Shown: piece after piece, positions 56,057 to 64,000 of the stretch
Position numbering within the stretch: the stretch's first letter is position 1
How the letters are laid out: the number at the start of each line of letters is the position of its first letter
From: an uncultured Verrucomicrobiae bacterium
GTDB taxonomy: Bacteria; Verrucomicrobiota; Verrucomicrobiia; Limisphaerales; JAFGQR01
Reading direction: 5' to 3'
NCBI GenBank assembly: GCA_963788655.1
Contig: CAWBHS010000022.1
Span: 64,001-128,000, forward strand
DNA length: 64,000 nt
Made by a program: the position numbers and the translations under genes
Notes under the pieces: model-generated
Databases searched by the model: none
What the model was told of the DNA's origin: nothing
Seen by the model: only the letters and a program-made list of their open reading frames with translations

Positions 56057-58454
56057 TTAGGGCGCCAACGAACTGACGACGCGGTAAAACTTCTGCGAAC
56101 CGCCGGCGAGATTGGTAAAAGTCATCCAGCCATGGTAGGCGAGCATCGGGCCGCCGGGTTCGTCCGTGAAGGTCTGGCTGAAGTTCGTTTTGGATTGTAG
56201 CCGGTAGTACATTCCTCGGAGCGTGGTGAAGCGCAATTCGCACTGGCCGGAGTTCAGGGACCGAATGGTGAGTGCCGCCGGAACGTCGGCTACCGAGCCA
56301 TCGTAGTAATGTTGCGCCAGCGCCCAAACGGCCTGGCCCACCTCGACCGCCGCCTGCCGACCGACCCAATTATCAATAGGCGGATGGATGCCACCCCAGA
56401 TGCGCGAAATGCCGGCTTCGTCGGAGGCATCGTAGTAAGTGGCCCACTGCAAGGTCAGCGGCACCGAAGGGCCTTGTTCAAACCCAAGGGTGTAGTTGGT
56501 GTAAGTGCCGAGACCTCCCGGAAAGTAGGGCGAGCCGGTGATTCCGGCCAGCACTTCGGCCGCCGACCGGCTGAAGGAACTGTGCCCCGAGAAATAGCCC
56601 GGGAATCCGGGCGTGACAAAGTTGGTGCGTTGGTAAGTGCTCCACGTATCGGCATGAATCCATTTCACGCCGCTGTGCTGCGTGAGCGGGTTTGCCGGCG
56701 GACCCGGCCAGGCGCGCACGGCAATTTTGCCCGGCGTCAAACCGGCGTGGCGTCCGGATGCGACCGTGCCCGCGGTCACCAGTTCAATCAAGTTGGTGAC
56801 GAGCGGCAACCCGTCGGGGTTGTAAGAGGGAAGCGCCGGATCGCTGGACTGGCCCAAGCCCGCCAGGTATCGGATGCAACCGATCGGTCGCCAGTCGTCG
56901 TAGTAGCGTTTGGTTCCCCACGCCTCGCAGGCGGCATCATGCACGGCCGCGTTGACCGCGAAGTACATCTTCACATCCCATTCCAGGTCGTCCACCACCG
57001 GGCCGGTACCGCCGATCCGTTTCTCCAACAGCGGACTGTCGGCCACGTAATTGGCCAGCACGTTCCAGTGGCCGGGCGGAGTTTCGGAGGTCGGCCCATC
57101 CGCCCAGAACTCCGCCACGATCCGGGCGTAATCGCCGCGCTTGACGAGATTGGGGGCGTACAGGGAGTCCGGTAACCGGGTTGGTGGTGTAACCGTGCCC
57201 GTCATAGATCTCAAAATCGCCGTTGCCGTAGTTGCCGGCGAATTCCAGGCTGTTGTTGCCCCGGGCGGCCGGAGAAATGTCCATCATCACGCCGTCATCC
57301 GGCGACAATTGGCTGTCCGCCGTGATGTTCGCCACGATTTCCTTCACGAACTGCGCGTGGGTCGGCCCCCCGAAATACGGCGGCGGGCCGGGGTCAACCC
57401 AGGGTTTGGTTGGATCCATGCGCGTCAGTGCGAAGGGACGCACGCCCAGCCATTGGGCGCCGAGGTAGTTCTGGATGGGGCCTTGTGGAAATCCGTTCTG
57501 GTCCACCGCATTGACGATTTGGAGCCGCTGCCAGTGGTTGATGTCCACTACCGTATTGCCAAAGCCGTCATTGATGCCCGGCAGCAAGACGGCGAGCGGC
57601 GGATTGACATAAACGTAGCCGCCCTGGGCGACCGGAAAGTCCGGGTAAGCGACGGGAGGATCGGCCTGGGGATAAGGCGTGCCCCCCGCTTGATTGGCGC
57701 CGTCATTGATGAACCAGGTCGAGACGGCATCATAGATGGCATTGCCTAACCCGGCAGGCGTCGAGGGGTCGCGGGATTGGTTGTTCAGATCGTAGCCCAA
57801 CGCGGTCATCTGGGCATCGTCCGCCGCGAGCGTGGCGGCGGCGGTTTTGGAATAGACATGGCGCTCCTTGAGGAGACGGTAGGCGGCATAGCTAATTGCT
57901 TCGCGCCGGGCTGCCGCTACGTCTGCCGCAGTGTGTTTGCCGCGATAAACGTAGCCCACGGCCACCGGATCGTACGCCGCCCAGGCGTCATACATGCAGA
58001 CCGAAAGGCTGAAGAGGTTTCGCGCCTGGGCCGGTGGGTGCGGGGTGTCAGCTCGGATGGCGGCGAGTGCCCGTTCGTCCCAAATGCGGGCGACCGTCTG
58101 CGCCGCCGGCGCCGCGGGAACCGTGGCAGTTCCGCACGCGAGGCAGAGGAGGATCCGCAGACCGAGCGCCCAATTCCAGCACCTTGGCCGCAACGATTCA
58201 ATTGGAGTAGCTGCGTTCGTGAGAACGCGGCTGATTAACGCAGAGCATTGGCGCACCCAAATGGAAACAAGGCGGTGACTTTCCGGTGAGTGGTAGAAGA
58301 GACCGGCTGGGGTTGTATTCTCCTTTGAATTCACCCGCGTTCTCACGAACGCAGCCACAATGGCTGCAAAGATGCGGCTTAGATCGGCGAAGCGCGCCGT
58401 CTGGCGGTTGGCGGGAAGGCCGCCCTGGATTACCGTTTTGCTTCTGAAGTTCAT
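56057..58454 (-). CDS. Secreted vanadium-dependent haloperoxidase/PAP2-superfamily protein, split by one extra base at ~57161
   Basis: VARIWDE...ARNLF...MYDAWAAYD, EFWADGP, KRYYDDWRP, PGYFSGHS, SRIWGGIH and C-terminal QKFYRVV. Removing one base gives TGLPYAPNLVKRGD. The true start is probably downstream of 58454. Confidence 0.85.
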
Positions 58455-58470
58455 ATTCTGAATACATTGG

Positions 58471-58839
58471 TTAGGGGTTGATGAGCAGCGTGCCGCCGTT
58501 CAATTGTTTGGTGGTGCCGTTGTTGATAAATGGTTTAGCGCGGATAATCAGCGTGCCACCGCTCACGTCTGCCGAGATCAGCGCCTCGTTGACGAGGCTG
58601 ACGGCGGTTGATCCGCCGATGCAAGCGGCCGCGTAGCCGATTTGGCCGCTGTGCCCGCGCAGGGTGAGCCGGTTGGTCAAGGTGGTGCTCGCCACGCCCC
58701 CGCCTGCCGGCTGTTGCAAGGTGACGGGCACCGAGACTGTCGCGCCCGGATAACCCGGCACGATATTGATGTTCAGGGAGTCTTGGGCGAAGCCAGCCGG
58801 GGCAGCGAGGCACGCAAGATATCGGTGAGAAGTTGCCAT
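58471..58839 (-). pseudogene. Probable deletion chimera of exported-protein fragments
   Basis: A signal-like start and PGYPGATVSVPVTL (resembling the first strands of a cohesin) join abruptly to a beta-repeat tail LVNEALISADVSGGTLIIRAKPFINNG. Confidence 0.35.
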
Positions 58840-59166
58840 TACGCGCGTGCCCGCACTGAGCGCTGCGCGCGTGAGGGAGAATTGATCTTCGGGCTCAGAG
58901 CATTTGCCACAGTAATACAATGCCTAAGCAATACTTGAGTGCAGCCCGGACGTCAAGGAGCGTTGGTCGGGTCTTGAGAGTTTGTGGCCGGCGGCGGCCG
59001 GGCTCGCCAATGGTTATGAGTTGGTGCCGGTCAGTTTCCGGAGAGAATTCCGGAACAAGCCAACAACGCGGTTCGCTCGGCATCGATCAGGCGCGGGGAC
59101 GCCCCGCCGGTCCCCCAGTGTGCCGCGCGCTGGTCAACGGATGGAGGAGGACGACGCTCGATCTTG

Positions 59167-59238
59167 CCAACGCCTGGCGTGGTTCGGGGTCAACGGCGAG
59201 GCGCCGTTGACGGCGCCCGAGGCGGGCGCGCTCCCCGA
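59167..59238. repeat. Dispersed palindromic repeat, copy 1
   Basis: ccaacgcctggcg..ttcggggtcaacggcgaggcgccgttgacggcgcccgaggcgggcgcgctccccga is nearly identical to 62784-62854 and abuts the pyk stop codon. Confidence 0.8.
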
Positions 59239-60690
59239 TTATGGCGTCGCGTCCGTAGTCGCGTCGGCACCGTCCAACCGCAGAAACTCAATTCGGTGAT
59301 TGCCGTCGGGATGGCGCGCCGAGGGGCCGGCCACCAGCATCGCCATGTCGCCGGGCAGATCCTGTTCACGAAGCCAATCTTGCGCGAAGTCGCGCCAGTT
59401 GTCGGGATCGTCCGGCAGTTCCACGGGATGCACGCCACAGGAAAACGCCAGGCTCTGCCCAACCGCCCGGTCGTGGCTCAGCGCGATGATCCACACCGGC
59501 GGATTAAATCGGGCGATCATTCGCGCGGTGGCGCCGGTGCGCGTCGGCACCAGCACCGCGCTGCAGGGCACGGTCTCGAGCGCGTGTTCGACCACTGCGG
59601 CAATGGCCTCCGCGGACGTGGCGGGTTTGGATTGCCGGATCTTTGCCCACAAATCATCGAGCCGCGTCGGCGACCGATGGGCTTCGGTGGCGGCGGCGAT
59701 CTTCGCCAACATGGCCACGGCTTCCGCAGGATAGCGGCCCATCGCCGATTCGCCGGAAAGCATGAGGCAGTCCGTCCCGTCCAGAATGGCGTTGGCTGCG
59801 TCGGTGGCTTCGGCGCGCGTGGGCAGACGATTGGTGGTCATGGATTCCAACATTTGGGTGGCAATGATGACCGGTTTGCCGGCGAGACTGGCTTTGGCGA
59901 CGAGCTGTTTTTGCACGACCGCAATTTCCTCGATCGGCACCTCGACGCCGAGATCGCCGCGCGCCACCATGACGCCGTCAGCCGCTTTCAGGATTTCTTC
60001 AATGTGCTCCAGTGCCCCGGAGCGCTCGATCTTGGCAATGATGAAAGGATGCGCCCCGCTCGCGGCCGCCGCGGCGCGGACGGCCTCAATGTCCGCCGCG
60101 GTCTCCACGAAGGACTGGCTGACCGCATCAACGCCGTGTTGGAGCGCGAACTCCAGGCAAGCCCGGTCATGGTCGGTGAACGCGCCAATTCCCAAATCAA
60201 TGCCCGGCAGGTTCAGCCCTTTGCGGGATCGCAGTTCCCCGCCCACTTCGACCTGGCAGTGAACGTCCCGATCCGCGATCCGTTCGACTGCCAGTTGCAC
60301 CAGGCCGTCGTTCAGGAACAGGCGGTTGCCGGGCTTCACCACCTGTGGCAGTCGGGCGAAACTCACAGAGACGCGCTCGGAATTGCCCACCACTTCTTCG
60401 GTCGTCAACGCGAAGCGTTGCCCCGGCTGCAACTCGATGGGCTCGGGATTGATTGTTCCCAGCCGCATCTTGGGTCCGGGCAAATCGGCCATGATAGCGA
60501 CCCGCCGGTCCGTGGCTTGTTCGGCGGCGCGGAGCCGGGCGATGCGTTCGGCGTGTTCGGCAAAACTACCGTGGGAGAAGTTCAGCCGCGCCACGTTCAT
60601 ACCGGCGCGGATTAGCTGCTCGAGCACTTCCGGTGATTCAGAGGCCGGGCCGATGGTGGCAATAATTTTGGTTTTATGATTGGGGAGCAT
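59239..60690 (-). CDS. pyk: Pyruvate kinase
   Basis: KTKIIATIGPAS, ARLNFSHG, DLPGPKMR, IIAKIE, MVARGDLGVE, ATQMLESM, PTRAE and MLSGESA. Confidence 0.97.
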   Translation of the reverse strand: MLPNHKTKIIATIGPASESPEVLEQLIRAGMNVARLNFSHGSFAEHAERIARLRAAEQATDRRVAIMADLPGPKMRLGTINPEPIELQPGQRFALTTEEVVGNSERVSVSFARLPQVVKPGNRLFLNDGLVQLAVERIADRDVHCQVEVGGELRSRKGLNLPGIDLGIGAFTDHDRACLEFALQHGVDAVSQSFVETAADIEAVRAAAAASGAHPFIIAKIERSGALEHIEEILKAADGVMVARGDLGVEVPIEEIAVVQKQLVAKASLAGKPVIIATQMLESMTTNRLPTRAEATDAANAILDGTDCLMLSGESAMGRYPAEAVAMLAKIAAATEAHRSPTRLDDLWAKIRQSKPATSAEAIAAVVEHALETVPCSAVLVPTRTGATARMIARFNPPVWIIALSHDRAVGQSLAFSCGVHPVELPDDPDNWRDFAQDWLREQDLPGDMAMLVAGPSARHPDGNHRIEFLRLDGADATTDATP

Positions 60691-60912
60691 GGAAACCCTT
60701 GCCCTTTAGCCGGGCGTGTTAACAGTCTTCATTACGATCTCACGTTGTAGCCGACGCCGCGGCGGTCTTATGCGGTAAGCCAAGCAGTGTGTTGTTAGCC
60801 GTGTTTTGAAAAGTCTTGGCAACGTTATCTTTCCGACACTGGTCAGGCAAGGGAGATCGCCACTTGGCGTATGTTGCTCATGACGCGTCCCCGCTCCAGC
60901 CAAACTTTTCAG

Positions 60913-60941
60913 TTGACCCGGCCATGGACGATGGATACTTT
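60913..60941 (+). promoter_or_regulatory. Putative sigma70 promoter of the leu leader/leuA transcript
   Basis: TTGACC-N17-TACTTT; the expected +1 falls at or near the GTG at 60948. Confidence 0.55.
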
Positions 60942-60947
60942 CCCGCC

Positions 60948-61022
60948 GTGACTGTGATTGGAAACATTCGACTGCTGCTAGGAAACGTGCTGCTGCTGCG
61001 CAGCGCGGCAGTTGGGTGTTGA
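60948..61022 (+). CDS. leuL: Leucine attenuator leader peptide (24 aa)
   Basis: GTG-start MTVIGNIRLLLGNVLLLRSAAVGC* with two Leu triplets (ctg ctg cta; ctg ctg ctg), directly upstream of a terminator and leuA. Confidence 0.75.
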   Translation: MTVIGNIRLLLGNVLLLRSAAVGC

Positions 61023-61043
61023 TTTGAGTGTGCGATCGAGTTC

Positions 61044-61084
61044 ACCCCACTGCCAGAAATCGGCGGTGGGGTTTTGTGTTTTTT
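61044..61084 (+). terminator. Attenuator terminator upstream of leuA
   Basis: Stem accccactgcc / ggcggtggggt followed by tttgtgtttttt. The upstream ggcagttgggtg can pair with the 5' arm as an antiterminator. Confidence 0.8.
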
Positions 61085-61121
61085 GATCCCAAGCGCCACC
61101 GCCACAACCGAGAAAGAATAC

Positions 61122-62690
61122 ATGAAAAAGAATCGAGTCTATTTCTTCGACACCACGCTTCGCGATGGCGAGCAATGCCCCGGCGCGGCCATGAACTTGC
61201 GCGAAAAAATGCAGGTGGCCCGGCAATTGGCCCAGCTCGGCGTGGACATCATCGAGGCCGGCTTCCCCATCACCAGCGAGGGCGACTTTGCCGCCGTCCA
61301 GCAAATTGCCCGGGAGATCAAAGGACCGGTGATCTGCGGACTGGCGCGCTGCGTGTCCAAGGACATTGACACCGCCGCCGCGGCCGTGAAACCAGCCGGC
61401 AAACGGGGCCGCATTCATGTGTTCCTCGGCACGTCCAAAATCCATCGCGAGTTCAAATTGGGCAAAGCCCAGAACGAGATCTTGCGGCTCGCCGTGGAAG
61501 GCGTCAAACGCGCCAAGTCCTACGTGGATAATGTCGAGTTTTCACCCGAGGACGCCTCCCGAACTGAATTGGATTTCCTGGTCAAGATCGTCGAAGCCGC
61601 CATCGCCGCCGGCGCCACGACCATCAACATGCCGGACACGGTGGGCTATGCTACACCCTCTGAGTATGGCCAGATGTTCAAGCATGTGGTCGAAAACGCC
61701 CGGGGGGCGGACAAGGCCATCTTCAGCGCCCATTGCCACGACGACCTCGGGTTGGCGGTGGCCAACTCCCTTGCCGCCGTGCAACACGGCGCGCGCCAGG
61801 TCGAGTGTACGATCAATGGCATCGGTGAGCGGGCCGGCAATGCCGCCCTCGAGGAAATCGCGATGGGACTCAAAACGCGCGGCAGTTTCTATGGTGGACT
61901 TCAGACGGGCATTCGCGCCGACGAAATCGTCAGAACCTCGCGCTTGGTTTCCCGCATGACCAGTTTCATCGTCCAACGCAACAAAGCGATTGTCGGGGAG
62001 AACGCGTTTTCGCACAGCTCGGGCATCCACCAGGATGGCATTTTGAAGAAGCGCGAAACCTACGAAATCATGGATCCCGAAGACGTGGGCTGGGGCAAAA
62101 CCGAGTTGCCATTGACCAAACATAGCGGGCGGCACGCTGTGGCCGTGCGGCTCAAACAGCTTGGTCTCAAAATGTCCGAAACCGACCTCAACACCATCTT
62201 CGCCCAGGTCAAAGAGATTGGGGACAAGAAGAAGTTTGTTTATGACGACGACTTGGCGACCCTTGTTGAAGGGCACATTACGGAAGTGCCGGAGACTTGG
62301 TCATTGGACTACTTGAATGTCACGAGCGGCAACCACACCGTCCCTACGGCTACCGTGCGCATGGCCAAGGCCGGCGGTAAGAAGTCGGCAGCCGAGATGC
62401 ATCAAGACGCGGGGATTGGCGATGGGCCCGTGGATGCCGCGCTCAAAGCCATCGATCGCATCACCAAAATCCGCGGTCGGTTAATGGACTATTCCCTTCG
62501 CGCCGTTTCGCAAGGCAAAGATGCTTTGGGCGAAGTGACCATCCAGGCGGACTTCGGCCAAGGTAAACTGGTGGCCGGCAAAGGCGCCAGTACCGATGTA
62601 ATCGAAGCCAGCGCCCGCGCCTACTTGAACGCGGTGAACCGCTTCCTCAACGAACACCAGCCCAAGAAGCGGAAGCCCGTACAGCCGTAG
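61122..62690 (+). CDS. leuA: 2-isopropylmalate synthase
   Basis: [52 protein letters not shown] and a regulatory domain with GDGPVDA. Confidence 0.97.
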   Translation: MKKNRVYFFDTTLRDGEQCPGAAMNLREKMQVARQLAQLGVDIIEAGFPITSEGDFAAVQQIAREIKGPVICGLARCVSKDIDTAAAAVKPAGKRGRIHVFLGTSKIHREFKLGKAQNEILRLAVEGVKRAKSYVDNVEFSPEDASRTELDFLVKIVEAAIAAGATTINMPDTVGYATPSEYGQMFKHVVENARGADKAIFSAHCHDDLGLAVANSLAAVQHGARQVECTINGIGERAGNAALEEIAMGLKTRGSFYGGLQTGIRADEIVRTSRLVSRMTSFIVQRNKAIVGENAFSHSSGIHQDGILKKRETYEIMDPEDVGWGKTELPLTKHSGRHAVAVRLKQLGLKMSETDLNTIFAQVKEIGDKKKFVYDDDLATLVEGHITEVPETWSLDYLNVTSGNHTVPTATVRMAKAGGKKSAAEMHQDAGIGDGPVDAALKAIDRITKIRGRLMDYSLRAVSQGKDALGEVTIQADFGQGKLVAGKGASTDVIEASARAYLNAVNRFLNEHQPKKRKPVQP

Positions 62691-62783
62691 CCCCGGCCAA
62701 CACTCATGGGTGGGACAGGCGCCCCGCCTGTCCACCGGCGCGCCCCGCGCCGGTCAGTGAATGGCGCCCGGTTCTCGACCATT

Positions 62784-62854
62784 CCAACGCCTGGCGACTT
62801 CGGAGTCAACGGCGAGGCGCCGTTGACTGCGCCCGAGGCGGGCGCACTCCCCGA
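62784..62854. repeat. Dispersed palindromic repeat, copy 2
   Basis: Near-identical to 59167-59238. It is preceded at ~62710-62735 by a gggacaggcgccccgcctgtcc hairpin related to the 2942 REP. Confidence 0.8.
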
Positions 62855-63059
62855 TGGCTGCCCGCGGCTCTATGCCCGTTCGGTTCTCCGCCCGGATGGG
62901 ATGTGCGCGCGGTCCTCCGCCGCTTTTGAATTGCACGTCCGAGCTGGTACAGCTCTCTCCAATCCAGGGGCGCCTGTCCGCATTTCGCCAGCCCGGCAAC
63001 CGCTCCCTTGCCAATGGCCCTCCGCCGAAGTAACTTGCCCGCGAATTGTTGTCATTTTT

Positions 63060-64000
63060 ATGAAACGTCGGTTCCTATACAGCATGCTCATTGCTGCGCT
63101 CGGGCTGAATCTTCTGGTCGGCGCACAAATCTATTTTTCGTCCGCCCAAGGGGCCAGCCGGGATGAGCCCTATCCCAATCTGAAGCTGTTCACCACGGTC
63201 CTGGACCGGGTGCGCCAGGATTATGTGGACGGCGACAAACTGACCTACCAGGATCTGATTCATGGTGCGCTCAAGGGCATGCTGAACTCGCTGGATCCCC
63301 ACAGCGAATTCATGGAGCCCATGAAATATGACGAGCTGAAGAAAGACACCCAGGGCGAATTCGGCGGCGTGGGTATCGTGATTTCCATGAAGGACAACTA
63401 CCTTACGGTCGTCGCCCCGATGGAAGACACGCCTGGTTTCAAGGCGGGCATTCTCAGTGGTGATCGCATCATCAAAATTGACGGCAAAAGCACGGAAAAG
63501 CTCTCGTTGCAGGACGCAGTCCAGTGGCTCCGGGGCGCCCCGGGGAGCGAGGTAAGGATGACCATTTTCCGCCCCATCAGCGGCAAGGTGCGGGAGTTTA
63601 AAATCACCCGGGCCCAGATCAAAATTGACACCGTCAAGGACATCAATGGGCGGCGCGAATTCCCCTTGGGCGAGGACAAAATCGGCTACGTTCGCCTGGT
63701 GCAATTCGGCGAACAAACTGCGGAAGATCTCGAGGACGCGCTCAAGAAACTCGATACGCAGGGCATGCAATCGCTGATTTTGGATTTGCGCGACAATCCG
63801 GGCGGTTTGCTCGATACGGCCGTCAAGGTCTGCGACAAGTTCCTGCCCAACGAACAATTGGTCGTCACCACCGAAGGCCGCGAAGGCCATCCCAAGTCGG
63901 AATACTACGCCAATTCGCACAATAAACATCTCAACTTGCCCATGGTCATTCTGGTTAACGGTGGCAGCGCAAGCGCCTCTGAAATCGTGGCGGGCTGCCT
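63060..64000 (+). CDS. ctpA: S41 family carboxy-terminal processing protease (3'-partial; missing from the ORF track)
   Basis: My translation: MKRRFLYSML...GMLNSLDPHS...GEFGGVGI (PDZ) ...LILDLRDNPGGLL...LVNGGSASASEIVAG, running off the window end. Confidence 0.93.
   Translation, partial: MKRRFLYSMLIAALGLNLLVGAQIYFSSAQGASRDEPYPNLKLFTTVLDRVRQDYVDGDKLTYQDLIHGALKGMLNSLDPHSEFMEPMKYDELKKDTQGEFGGVGIVISMKDNYLTVVAPMEDTPGFKAGILSGDRIIKIDGKSTEKLSLQDAVQWLRGAPGSEVRMTIFRPISGKVREFKITRAQIKIDTVKDINGRREFPLGEDKIGYVRLVQFGEQTAEDLEDALKKLDTQGMQSLILDLRDNPGGLLDTAVKVCDKFLPNEQLVVTTEGREGHPKSEYYANSHNKHLNLPMVILVNGGSASASEIVAGC

Noticed and set aside
50240..62690. Secondary-metabolite cluster (class II DAHP synthase + haloperoxidase-like + oxidoreductase)
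   Set aside because: The genes alternate strands, there is no scaffold synthase or transporter, and each is explicable as a standalone metabolic gene.

Overview
GC-rich bacterial chromosome segment. Gene content, GTAG-type REP palindromes and 'FYRV'-ending exported domains suggest Verrucomicrobiota (inference). The left flank is housekeeping: a secretin, a GAF protein, and dnaB-bamA-skp. The right flank is metabolic: enolase-superfamily dehydratase, sulfatase, class II DAHP synthase, Tat oxidoreductase, haloperoxidase-like protein, pyk, an attenuator-controlled leuA and an S41 protease. Between them lies a ~40.6 kb minus-strand three-gene operon with overlapping stop/start codons. Gene 1 is a giant LEPR-XLL surface protein of about 10,300 aa once six single-base insertions are removed; it carries filamentous beta repeats, bracket-nested small domains, RTX repeats, five parallel beta-helix modules and a C-terminal dockerin. 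Gene 2 is a small secreted cohesin-like protein. Gene 3 is a ~2,950 aa signal-peptide/Ig/HYR/RHS protein whose autoprotease aspartates are lost and whose tip is a short Cys-rich peptide. Together they are a candidate cohesin-dockerin-assembled surface apparatus. REP palindromes are translated in frame inside the giant gene. Every frameshift resolved in the window is a +1 insertion, including one in essential dnaB, so most are probably assembly errors. No rRNA, tRNA, CRISPR array or transposase was seen.
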